Source: a virus
Taxonomy: Duplodnaviria; Caudoviricetes
DNA: 64,000 nt
Strand: one strand, 5' to 3'
Virus record (IMG/VR): IMGVR_UViG_2524614838_000004
Location: 1-64,000 of that record
The notes beneath the pieces were generated by a model. It searched no databases and was not told the DNA's origin. It worked only from the letters and a program-made list of their open reading frames with translations. Position numbers and translations under genes: made by a program. Shown piece after piece: positions 44,710 to 53,214 of this stretch (position 1 is the stretch's first letter; each line of letters begins with the position of its first letter).

Positions 44710-45666
44710 ATGTCAAAAGTAGAAATCAAAAACGATAAAGTAAATAATTCAGTGTTATTGAATGGAACAGATATAAGCAATCTCTTATCTGGGGTTGATT
44801 TGAGGATAGAAGCTGGGTGCTACCCAAATTTAACTCTTTATGCTCCGTTGGTGCCATCAGCAGCTATATTGCTGAACAATGCAGAGGTTAAGATTGATAA
44901 TAAATTACTCCAGATTGCAGCAGAAATCATGCGAACTGAATTTATGCAGAAAGGTGACTGGTACAATGCTCTGGTAGATTCCATTGCACAGTATTTGAGA
45001 GCCATTCCAGCCAATGAAGGTTTATACAGCGTAGCGGAGGGACTTGCAGACCGTATTGTTGGTGCAGAATCGGACCGGGACAGCATTGACAATCTGGACC
45101 TTACTGTCAGGACATATAACTGTCTGAAACGTGCAGGTGTGGAAACAGTGAGCCAGCTTCGTCAGATGTCAGCAGTTGATTTTGCGAATGTAAAAAACTT
45201 CAGTCAGCGGTGCTTTGAAGAAGTTTTGGAAAAGCAAAAAATTATAAGTGCTGAGAAAGGGGACTCCATGGACAAGAAAGAATTGGCAAAGCTCATTGAT
45301 GGGTATGAATACAGATCCGAACCTGAACCGTTTAGTAGTGTTAGGCAGGCAGCGAAAGAAGCTGGTTTGGTTATTGTTAGCGGAGCTTCAGATGATCTAA
45401 TGATTTTTGATGGGGCCATTTATGATGAGGGTGGCTGCTTTGACGGTGGAAAGGTATTCTTTGACCGGAATGGCGTATCACAAGATGATTCAGAGCGTGC
45501 AAACTGCATTGAAGCTTTCTGGTGCGATAAGTCCGCAATAGATGAATATGGGAATGTCATTACCTGGACATATAAAACGGATATTCCACACGAAACATTC
45601 ATGATGTATGAGGACGGGCAGCCGTATTGCCGGGGTATTGTGTTTGATTTGGCAGATGTGAAATAG
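44710..45666 (+). CDS. Protein with an RNA polymerase alpha-CTD-like domain, read in frame into a second ORF (internal RBS and ATG at 45268)
   Basis: SIDNLDLTVRTYNCLKRAGVETVSQL...VKNFSQRCFEEV. Confidence 0.75.
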   Translation: MSKVEIKNDKVNNSVLLNGTDISNLLSGVDLRIEAGCYPNLTLYAPLVPSAAILLNNAEVKIDNKLLQIAAEIMRTEFMQKGDWYNALVDSIAQYLRAIPANEGLYSVAEGLADRIVGAESDRDSIDNLDLTVRTYNCLKRAGVETVSQLRQMSAVDFANVKNFSQRCFEEVLEKQKIISAEKGDSMDKKELAKLIDGYEYRSEPEPFSSVRQAAKEAGLVIVSGASDDLMIFDGAIYDEGGCFDGGKVFFDRNGVSQDDSERANCIEAFWCDKSAIDEYGNVITWTYKTDIPHETFMMYEDGQPYCRGIVFDLADVK

Positions 45667-45668
45667 GG

Positions 45669-45842
45669 GTGAGAGAATTGGAAGCATTGAAGTGGATTGT
45701 TACGGTTTGGAATGTATTTATGGTGATTTTTATTCTTTGGTTTTCCAGGGGACTGATCTGGAAGAGAGATAAGGCAGCAACAGTCGGATTTGGTGTTATG
45801 GCAATCATGTATATTCTGGCTTTGCCGCTAATATGGAGGTAA
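45669..45842 (+). CDS. Small membrane protein
   Basis: Two hydrophobic segments; GTG start. Confidence 0.5.
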   Translation: MRELEALKWIVTVWNVFMVIFILWFSRGLIWKRDKAATVGFGVMAIMYILALPLIWR

Positions 45843-45847
45843 CTGAT

Positions 45848-46153
45848 ATGATTTGTTTCTCAGAGCAACAGAAACAGGAAATAGTACATACAGGAATACT
45901 GGTAATTGAGTTCAAGAGGTCAATTGTAAAGGTCTTTGAATCCCTAAAAGACGTGATTGTGATTGTAAACGATGTATTGCTACAGTTTGCAGATAGAATC
46001 CTCAAAAGTGTACAGATAATTTGTAAAGAATACCAAAGTATGCCACCAAAGGAAAAATATAAGGGGGTCCGCGGGCTGGACAAGTGTGGATACACTGAAA
46101 AAGAAATTAACTTGATGGTAGGGGGAACATACCACTGCCGCAATAATTGTTAG
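45848..46153 (+). CDS. Hypothetical protein
   Basis: RBS GGAGGT. Confidence 0.55.
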   Translation: MICFSEQQKQEIVHTGILVIEFKRSIVKVFESLKDVIVIVNDVLLQFADRILKSVQIICKEYQSMPPKEKYKGVRGLDKCGYTEKEINLMVGGTYHCRNNC

Positions 46154-46167
46154 GGAGGATATTGGAA

Positions 46168-46710
46168 ATGAAGAATTGGAAAGTGTTTGTAATTGGAGCT
46201 GCTGCAGTATTTGCAGTGATTTTAATGGGAGTGTTTGGAATCCAGGGAAGCCAGAATAAGGCAATCTACCTGGAAGAATCCATTCAGACGGCTCAGTCAG
46301 ATATTAAGGTGCAAGAAAAGCGCCGGGTAGATTTGGTTTATAACCTTGCGGATTGCGTAAAGCAGTATGATAAGCACGAGGCAGATACCCTGACAGCGAT
46401 TGTAGAGGGGCGGGGCAGTACTGGAGATATTGAGAATGTGACAACGGCAATAACGGCGGTATCTGAAGCTTATCCGGAATTAAAGAGTAATGAGAATTAT
46501 AAGCAGCTCATGACTGAATTAGCCACAACCGAAAATCTGATGGCACAGTACCGGGAGAATTATAACCGGCAGGTGGGTGCATATAATCGTTATGTTAAAG
46601 GATTCCCAGCCAGAGTTTATCTTGATTGGTGCGGATATGAACGTCAGGATTACCAGCGATTGGATTACAATGCCCCGTCAGATGCTCCTCAGAATTTGTT
46701 TAAAGAATAG
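46168..46710 (+). CDS. lemA: LemA-family protein
   Basis: N-terminal TM; KRR.DLV.NLAD.VKQY; EAYPELKSNENY..LM.EL..TEN....R..YN. Confidence 0.85.
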   Translation: MKNWKVFVIGAAAVFAVILMGVFGIQGSQNKAIYLEESIQTAQSDIKVQEKRRVDLVYNLADCVKQYDKHEADTLTAIVEGRGSTGDIENVTTAITAVSEAYPELKSNENYKQLMTELATTENLMAQYRENYNRQVGAYNRYVKGFPARVYLDWCGYERQDYQRLDYNAPSDAPQNLFKE

Positions 46711-46721
46711 GAGGACGATTC

Positions 46722-46916
46722 ATGGAAGAATTAAAGATGTCCATAGATGAGATGATTTCAACACTTGATGGTGCAAGCGGACGGTTAACCGTTGAAGCGC
46801 TTAAGAACCCGGTAATCAGGGAAGCAAAGGAAATGGTTATGAAAGTCAGCATAGCCCTTGGAGAATTAGCAGAGGAATTGGAAGAATCTGCTTACCTTGA
46901 AATTGACGAAGATTAA
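46722..46916 (+). CDS. Hypothetical protein
   Basis: RBS AGGAGG. Confidence 0.6.
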   Translation: MEELKMSIDEMISTLDGASGRLTVEALKNPVIREAKEMVMKVSIALGELAEELEESAYLEIDED

Positions 46917-46928
46917 AGAGGACTTGAT

Positions 46929-47669
46929 ATGAAAAGGTCATGGGATTTTGGAGATTTTGAAATCACATTACGAGAAGTCATAGCCAGCGTTACCATTGTT
47001 GCTGTTATGTTCCTGATTGGATTTGTGATAGCTGGGAAAATAGAAGCTTACCAGATGGATAAGAACGCTGAATATAATAAGGCGGTACATATTACGGACA
47101 CAGAAATGTTCCGTTATGGCATGGACACAAGCCTTGGGAATGCTTTTGTTTATGGGAACCTGCAAGCAGTTGATCCGGTGACATACCCTGAAATTGGCGG
47201 AGAGTACTTATATGTAGAAAAAGTGAAAGAAAGATATACAAGACATACCAGAACAGTTCATCATTCGAATGGAAAAACTTCATGGACAACAACTGAAACA
47301 TATTGGACATGGGATAAGGTCGGATCAGAAAATATACATTCGAACAATATACGGTTTTTGGAAATTGAATTTCCCTATGGAAAAGTAGTTATTCCACATA
47401 GTGAGTACATGGAAACAATTAAAGAATCAAACAAGATCAGATATAAATATTATGGTTGCCCGAAAGAACACACCGGATCCATATATACATTTCTGAAAGA
47501 TGGCACCATAGCAGACAATACGGAATTCTTTAAAAATATGAATATTGAAGAAGCGTTGAATCAAAAGACTTCTGGAATTGGATTATGGCTGTTTTGGATA
47601 TTCTGGATTGCTTTAACTGGTGTCGTGATGTTCGGATTCTATTACCTGGATAACGGATGGTTAGAGTAA
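46929..47669 (+). CDS. Two-TM membrane protein with a large soluble loop
   Basis: N- and C-terminal TM helices; follows LemA. Confidence 0.75.
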   Translation: MKRSWDFGDFEITLREVIASVTIVAVMFLIGFVIAGKIEAYQMDKNAEYNKAVHITDTEMFRYGMDTSLGNAFVYGNLQAVDPVTYPEIGGEYLYVEKVKERYTRHTRTVHHSNGKTSWTTTETYWTWDKVGSENIHSNNIRFLEIEFPYGKVVIPHSEYMETIKESNKIRYKYYGCPKEHTGSIYTFLKDGTIADNTEFFKNMNIEEALNQKTSGIGLWLFWIFWIALTGVVMFGFYYLDNGWLE

Positions 47670-47792
47670 AAATTTTCTCCTCATAGCTGTTTGCTGTTAA
47701 GGCGGAGCGAATCTGCCGTGAGGTTTTTATCCTTGTCTCCACTTAGTGGGATTTTCTGCATAAAGTCCTGTCGATGGGAGATGTATGGATAG

Positions 47793-47904
47793 CAGGTATT
47801 AGTTTTATGATGGTTAAAACAGGCAGAAGCGTATGTGAAGACATGCAGGTTGACAGACATACGTCAGGAAGCAAGACATGCGGTTCGAATCCGCATATAC
47901 CTGT
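47793..47904 (+). ncRNA. tRNA-like RNA with an expanded anticodon domain
   Basis: Acceptor CAGGTAT/ATACCTG, D arm GTTT/AAAC with GG, T arm TGCGG-TTCGAAT-CCGCA; ~57-nt insert with a CGTATGT/ACATACG stem. Confidence 0.6.
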
Positions 47905-47905
47905 T

Positions 47906-48082
47906 GGGAATGATCTGGCTTAGCCAGTCAGAGAATTTCAAGTAAGAGGTTGCAAACTTTTGCGTGATTGCGGTGGTGGTTCAAATCCACAATCCCGTTA
48001 TATGAGTATGTGTGAGGCTAACATTGAAAGTATGGCAGGTAAGGCGTAGGGATAATCGCAGGTTCGATTCCTGCCACCGCAA
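47906..48082 (+). ncRNA. Two overlapping degenerate tRNA-like folds
   Basis: T loops TTCAAAT and TTCGATT; TT-GCA-AA loop; acceptor TGCGGTG(47969)/CACCGCA(48075). Confidence 0.45.
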
Positions 48083-48101
48083 TTTATAAAATTGTTTAAG
48101 A

Positions 48102-48174
48102 GGGGAATAAGCTAATCTGGTGAAAGCGCCTGCCTGAAGAGCAGGAGAGATAGGGTCGGAACCTATACTTCCCA
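48102..48174 (+). tRNA. tRNA-Phe(GAA), non-canonical
   Basis: CCTGC-CTGAAGA-GCAGG anticodon arm; T loop GTCGGAA and one acceptor mismatch. Confidence 0.6.
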
Positions 48175-48194
48175 TTTGCTTCTTTTTTTCATTC

Positions 48195-48449
48195 ACAGCC
48201 GAAAGCGACAACCTAATGGAGCAGGTGCAGGGTCTAATAGGATTGTGGTTGTGTCTAAGAGTTGCATCATAACTAAGGAAGCAAGCGTTGCCGAATAGCT
48301 ATCGGCTGATGTGAGAGTGAGCGCAACGCCTTACAGAGAATGACAATGCCTGCTGAAAGCGCCCGGAGCGTATTCGTGCACAAGTACGCTTGCGAAATCT
48401 CCATAAGAGGGTGAGTAGACGGTATGATAATCTAAGCGGGCCGTGCTTA
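48195..48449 (+). ncRNA. Candidate structured ncRNA between tRNAs
   Basis: GCAGG/CCTGC, GCGTTGC/GCAACGC, GCCGA/TCGGC, AGCGTA/TACGCT and ACGG/CCGT helices; no ORF. Confidence 0.5.
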
Positions 48450-48522
48450 GGACCCTTAGCTCAGAGGTCAGAGCCTCCGGCTTCTAACCGGAATGTCCTG
48501 GGTTCGAATCCCAAAGGGTCCA
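48450..48522 (+). tRNA. tRNA-Arg(TCT)
   Basis: GGACCCT/AGGGTCC acceptor, TCCGG-CTTCTAA-CCGGA, GGTTCGAATCC. Confidence 0.9.
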
Positions 48523-48700
48523 TTGGTGGCTGAAAGTTTAGTGTGAACGTAATAAGCCAAATTCCTCATGTGAGAAAACACATGGGAACTCATGAATATG
48601 GGTGAATGGCATTTGGAAAATCCTTATTTCTGTTCTTAGTAGCCAGTAAGTGAACGTGCTTCATGCAAGTGGTTTGCGTGGATATGGTTCTACCCCACGA

Positions 48701-48772
48701 TGGGCTATTGCCAAACGGTAAGGCACAGGATTTTGATTCCTGCATTTCCCGGTTCGAATCCGGGTAGCCTGA
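48701..48772 (+). tRNA. tRNA-Gln(TTG)
   Basis: TGGGCTA/TAGCCTG acceptor, CAGGA-TTTTGAT-TCCTG, GGTTCGAATCC. Confidence 0.9.
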
Positions 48773-48787
48773 TTTGCACATTGGAAA

Positions 48788-48816
48788 TTGAATATTGATG
48801 GTTGGTGTGGTATAAT
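48788..48816 (+). promoter_or_regulatory. Moron B promoter containing the left 17-nt inverted repeat (48790-48806)
   Basis: TTGAAT-17-TATAAT with TGn; repeat identical to moron A. Confidence 0.75.
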
Positions 48817-48847
48817 TTTTCTATTACAAATGATGAGGGGGGTTATT

Positions 48848-49882
48848 ATGGATAAACGATATCAGGTTTTTGTTAGTTCAACATATAAAGATTTACAAGA
48901 TGAGCGTAAAGAAGTTATGCAAGCATTACTTGAATTAGACTGCATACCGGCTGGAATGGAACTTTTTCCAGCTTCGAATGATGACCAATGGACTTTAATA
49001 AAAAAAGTTATTGATGACTGTGACTATTATATTTTGATTTTAGCAGGTAGATATGGTTCTGTTAATGAAGATGGTATGGGTTATACTGAAATGGAATATC
49101 GATATGCTTTGGCGGCGAATAAGCCTATAATAGCTTTTCTGCATAAAAATCCAGGAGATATATCATCAGCTAAAACTGAGGATACGCAAGAAGGTAAGGA
49201 AAGATTAAATCTATTTAGGGATTTGGCCCAAAAAAAGATGACTAAATATTGGACTAACCCTTACGATCTAGGAAGCGTAGTTTCAAGGAGTATGATTACT
49301 CTTATTAAAACATTTCCTGCTACAGGGTGGGTCAAAGCTGATAATATAACAGATGAAAATACGATGAAAGAATTACTTAGACTTCAAAAAGAAAACAAAG
49401 AATTAAAAGAACAACTGGAGTTAAGTAATATTCAAGCACCTGATGGAGCGGAAAATTTCTCACAAGGTGAAGATACAATTGTATTGAATTTCGTGTATAG
49501 GTATTTTGATAAACAAAACAATAGATATTCAAGCTCAATGGATTTTGTGTTTACATGGAATGAATTATTTAAAGTTGTAGCTCCTTATTTGGTTAATGAA
49601 TGTGACGAGGTAGATATGACAGAGGTTATTACAACCTACATGAAAGAAAAATGTCATGATGAAATAATAATTTTAAAGTCAGAAATGAAAATACGGTCAT
49701 TTGATAAAATTCAATTAAAAGTTGGTCATTTTCAAATAATCAAAGTACAATTTCAAGCACTTGGATTGATACAGAAAAGTATCAAGAATAGAAGTGTTAA
49801 AGATAACTTAACATACTGGAAATTAACCCCATATGGAGAGAGGATAATGACTCAATTAGTCGCAATTAAAAAAGAAAAATAA
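48848..49882 (+). CDS. Moron B, DUF4062 (TIR-like) domain protein
   Basis: YQVFVSSTYKDL.DER..V..ALLE...P.GMELFPA...CDYYILILAGRYGS...TEMEY.YA; AT-rich. Confidence 0.85.
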   Translation: MDKRYQVFVSSTYKDLQDERKEVMQALLELDCIPAGMELFPASNDDQWTLIKKVIDDCDYYILILAGRYGSVNEDGMGYTEMEYRYALAANKPIIAFLHKNPGDISSAKTEDTQEGKERLNLFRDLAQKKMTKYWTNPYDLGSVVSRSMITLIKTFPATGWVKADNITDENTMKELLRLQKENKELKEQLELSNIQAPDGAENFSQGEDTIVLNFVYRYFDKQNNRYSSSMDFVFTWNELFKVVAPYLVNECDEVDMTEVITTYMKEKCHDEIIILKSEMKIRSFDKIQLKVGHFQIIKVQFQALGLIQKSIKNRSVKDNLTYWKLTPYGERIMTQLVAIKKEK

Positions 49883-49889
49883 GATTTCG

Positions 49890-49924
49890 CTACCAACTAT
49901 CAATATTCGGTTGGTAGTTTTTTT
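49890..49924 (+). terminator. Moron B intrinsic terminator containing the right repeat (49892-49908)
   Basis: CTACCAACT-ATCAATATTC-GGTTGGTAG followed by a T-run. Confidence 0.8.
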
Positions 49925-49945
49925 ATGGGAAAATGAGGTGGGAAC

Positions 49946-50083
49946 ATGAGTAACGTTGAAATAGTATTTATGGTGATTAAATTCGTAGTATTTTTATACG
50001 CAGCTTGGAAGTTTGTAACTGGAGATAAGGAAAAGATAAGTACGTTATGGTATGGAATATTCCTGATAGGTTTATTGCTGTGA
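49946..50083 (+). CDS. Small membrane protein
   Basis: 45 aa, two hydrophobic segments, RBS GAGGTG. Confidence 0.55.
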   Translation: MSNVEIVFMVIKFVVFLYAAWKFVTGDKEKISTLWYGIFLIGLLL

Positions 50084-50091
50084 GGTGGATT

Positions 50092-50274
50092 ATGGACGGA
50101 TTCCAGCTTTGCTTACGTAACTTTTGCTCTTACTGCCCGGATTTTGAGCCGGAGGTCGATAAAGAGGATTGTACCTTGATCGGGGATTCTTCTTCCAAAG
50201 TCATGAATATTATCCGGTGCCAGAATGAGGGCCGGTGTATCAATATTGTGGAAAATTTGGAAGGTAGGGTATGA
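50092..50274 (+). CDS. Hypothetical protein
   Basis: RBS; Cys-rich. Confidence 0.55.
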   Translation: MDGFQLCLRNFCSYCPDFEPEVDKEDCTLIGDSSSKVMNIIRCQNEGRCINIVENLEGRV

Positions 50275-50570
50275 CTATGCCGCCGAAATGGAATGAAAGC
50301 CCGGAAACGGTATATATGCGTGGTACTGATGGCACGGAGATCCCTGTAAGTGATATTCCAGTGCTTGATTTTAAAATGGACCAAGATGAAGAACTGCAAA
50401 AGGCCATAGACGAATTTAAGAAGCCTGTTTCCTTGGATTTCTCAATGGCTGTGTTATTACCACCGGGAGAATTGGCCGCTGTCATATGTGGTTTATGTAC
50501 CTTGGAGCAGGTCCAGCAGAATAATTGGCGGCGGCTTCATGGCATGCCTATGAAAAGGAGGACGAAATGA
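50271..50570 (+). CDS. Hypothetical protein
   Basis: Coupled ORF. Confidence 0.6.
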   Translation: MTMPPKWNESPETVYMRGTDGTEIPVSDIPVLDFKMDQDEELQKAIDEFKKPVSLDFSMAVLLPPGELAAVICGLCTLEQVQQNNWRRLHGMPMKRRTK

Positions 50571-50953
50571 GATTAAGAGATGTTTTGGCAGTTATTGATG
50601 ATAATGAAACGGTTGCTATCAGCCTTGATTATAAGAGCCTAAAGAGCTGTGAAAAATTAAGAAGAGAGCATTTAATTGATCTGCTTGATATGACGGTAAA
50701 GGGTGTTAAGACTGAAAGTTGCTCAATGCTGTTTATCACAGGAGAAGCAACGATTACAAGTGATACAACCAACCTACATGCAGATGAGATTGAGCATTTT
50801 TTACGGGTAGAGATTGAAGTTTCAAGGAATCGTATTGAAAGTAAAGAGGAAATTAGAGCCTTTAATGGTGTAGGGGTTGGACCTGAAGCCGCAAAAGAAT
50901 TGAATAAACGGCATATTGCGTTTTGCCAGCAGCTATTAGATATGATTCATTAA
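50567..50953 (+). CDS. Hypothetical protein
   Basis: RBS AAGGAGG. Confidence 0.55.
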   Translation: MRLRDVLAVIDDNETVAISLDYKSLKSCEKLRREHLIDLLDMTVKGVKTESCSMLFITGEATITSDTTNLHADEIEHFLRVEIEVSRNRIESKEEIRAFNGVGVGPEAAKELNKRHIAFCQQLLDMIH

Positions 50954-50977
50954 AACCTGTAGGAGGTTGGGGAAATT

Positions 50978-51184
50978 ATGGAAAAGAGTAATCCAGTTGT
51001 AATATATCGTTGCCGCCGGTGCGGTAAAGAATTTCAAGAGACAGGTGTTATAAGAGGAAGCATGCAAACTAATGGTGTTGATGTGCCTGTTGGTCCAGTT
51101 TATTTGTATCATCTTTGTGATGATGGCATATTTGGACTGGATGATTTAATCGGAGGATATGAGGTGAAAACAAAAAATGGATAG
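50978..51184 (+). CDS. Hypothetical protein
   Basis: RBS; CRRC motif. Confidence 0.55.
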   Translation: MEKSNPVVIYRCRRCGKEFQETGVIRGSMQTNGVDVPVGPVYLYHLCDDGIFGLDDLIGGYEVKTKNG

Positions 51185-51449
51185 AGGCTATACAGCTAAA
51201 GAGGGATTAGAAATGGGGGAAAGCATAATGGCAGGTTTTATAAGTGGTTTTAAAAAATCCATGAATCCTCCGGAAGATGGATTTGACGGGCAAGCGGATA
51301 TAAGAATCTTACCAGATGGAAGCCGTTGGGCAGTTTGTCCTTATTGTGGAAAAAAGGCAGTAAAGATTTTGCCAGAAACAAAAATACATATGATGCCGTA
51401 TAAATGCAAGAACAGCAAGTGCCAAAGTGATTTTATTGTAAATGTATAA
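51177..51449 (+). CDS. Hypothetical zinc-ribbon protein
   Basis: CPYC and CKNSKC motifs. Confidence 0.6.
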   Translation: MDRGYTAKEGLEMGESIMAGFISGFKKSMNPPEDGFDGQADIRILPDGSRWAVCPYCGKKAVKILPETKIHMMPYKCKNSKCQSDFIVNV

Positions 51450-51532
51450 AGTGATTTTTAAAGTCTGATTTAAACCAGTGCCTTGTGAGCCTTCGGACCT
51501 TTGTTAATAACAGAGGAAGGAGGCTTTTTTCT

Positions 51533-53200
51533 ATGGATTTCCAGGAACACCGGGAAATAATCAAAAAATTAAAGCGGCAGATTGAATCACCGCCTTCTTA
51601 CGACATTCTAAACATTCTGTTATCAGAACTCCAATATACAATGCAGGATAATCCGGATTTGCCCGTTGAGGAACGGGATTTCATCATGACCTATTCCGGG
51701 TTTATCAAGAAATGGGCCGTCACTAGATTTGTCCAGACAATGGATACCTGTTGGGATGATCTGTACTGGAAAACATTGCATTTTGAGGCTCCGTATTTAT
51801 TCGAATCGTATCTGATTTATCTGGAGAAGAATCGGGAAGCGAAGGATCGCTTTTATTTACCGAAACGCAAGCAGCTGAATAAGCATGGATTGATTCAGGC
51901 CATGCAGGATCTGGAAGATGATAGGCTGGATATCTTAAGCATATCAATGCCACCTGGGACGCAGAAAACGACCTTGGAGAAGTTCTTTGCCTCATGGGTA
52001 ATTGGCAAGCACCCAGATGATTTCAGTTTGTTCTATTCCCATAGTGGCGATATTACCAGAATGTTCTATGACGGTATTTATGACATCACTACAAATTCAG
52101 ATGAATACACCTGGAGCGAAATATTCCCAGACGTGAGACTTGAAAGTACGAATGCCAAGACTGAGACAATAAATTTTAATAAATACAAACCTTTCCCCAA
52201 CATACAGTGTACGTCCATTGGCTCAAAGAATGCCGGTAAAGTTAGGTGTAACCGGTACCTGTATTGTGATGATCTTATTGGCGGCATTGAAGAAGCTCTG
52301 AATAAGGTTCGGTTAGATAAACTTTGGTCCCTATACAGTGTGGACGGTAAACAGAGAAAAATGGACGGCTGTAAAGAGATTCACATAGCGACGAGGTGGT
52401 CTGTCCATGATGTGATTGGACGAATAAAAAACCTATATCAAAAAAGCGACAGAGTGAGATTTATTGAGGTTCCAGATATTGATCCAGTGACTGAGGAATC
52501 AAACTTTGACTATGAATACAATGGCTTTTCAGTAGCTTTCTTTAATGATCAGGCACTGGCTATGGACGAAATTTCTTATAAGTGTCTTTATAAAAGCCAG
52601 CCTATTGAACGTGAGGGTCTGCTATATCATGAAGATGAATTAAGACGATACTTTACACTTCCGCAGGGAGAACCTGATGCCTTACTTGGAATATGTGATA
52701 CGAAGGACAAAGGAACAGACTTTATGTTTCTTCCTTGCGTGGCTCAGTACGGAAGTGATTATTACTGCCTGGATTGTGTTTGTGATGATAATTCTGACTA
52801 TGGAATTCAATACGAAAGGTGCTCCCAAATAATAGTGGATAATAAGCTGCAGCAGTGCCAGTTCGAAAGCAATAATGGCGGTAGCCGGGTAGGGTACGAA
52901 GTGAATAAACTGGTGGAGCAAAAGAATGGCCGTTGTAACATCACCACTAAATTCACTGATAGCAATAAGGAAACAAAGATTATCGTAAATGCGGACTGGG
53001 TAAAGAAACATGTTTTATTCAAAGATTCTTCTCTTTACAAAGCCAAAAGTGATTATGGGGTTATGATGAGTTTTCTGCTTAGTTATTCAGTGAAAGGTAA
53101 GAACGTTCATGATGATGTACCCGATGGCTGGGCGCAGTTTGCATTGTTCACACAAAATATGGGTGGCGCTAAAGTCACAGTTTTCCAGAGACCGTGTTAA
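51533..53200 (+). CDS. terL: Terminase large subunit
   Basis: SMPPGTQKTT Walker A-like, YCDDL, IATRWSVHD, CDTKDKGTD, FESNNGG, HDDVPD. Confidence 0.9.
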   Translation: MDFQEHREIIKKLKRQIESPPSYDILNILLSELQYTMQDNPDLPVEERDFIMTYSGFIKKWAVTRFVQTMDTCWDDLYWKTLHFEAPYLFESYLIYLEKNREAKDRFYLPKRKQLNKHGLIQAMQDLEDDRLDILSISMPPGTQKTTLEKFFASWVIGKHPDDFSLFYSHSGDITRMFYDGIYDITTNSDEYTWSEIFPDVRLESTNAKTETINFNKYKPFPNIQCTSIGSKNAGKVRCNRYLYCDDLIGGIEEALNKVRLDKLWSLYSVDGKQRKMDGCKEIHIATRWSVHDVIGRIKNLYQKSDRVRFIEVPDIDPVTEESNFDYEYNGFSVAFFNDQALAMDEISYKCLYKSQPIEREGLLYHEDELRRYFTLPQGEPDALLGICDTKDKGTDFMFLPCVAQYGSDYYCLDCVCDDNSDYGIQYERCSQIIVDNKLQQCQFESNNGGSRVGYEVNKLVEQKNGRCNITTKFTDSNKETKIIVNADWVKKHVLFKDSSLYKAKSDYGVMMSFLLSYSVKGKNVHDDVPDGWAQFALFTQNMGGAKVTVFQRPC

Positions 53201-53214
53201 GGAGGTTTTACTAT

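Noticed and set aside
48450-48522. Amber-suppressor reading (CTA) of the loop CTTCTAA, which could explain in-frame TAG codons
   Set aside because: With the 5-bp stem TCCGG/CCGGA the canonical anticodon positions are TCT (Arg). Many phage genes here end in TAG normally, so there is no sign of recoding.
48523-48600. Theta/HDV-like ribozyme at the tRNA-Arg 3' end
   Set aside because: A TGGCT/AGCCA helix exists, but I could not find the nested P3/L3/P1.1 elements.
51946-51975. TerL Walker A reads PPGTQKTT instead of GxGKT
   Set aside because: All other terminase motifs are intact, and I cannot tell a natural variant from a lesion without an alignment, so it is not used as evidence of decay.
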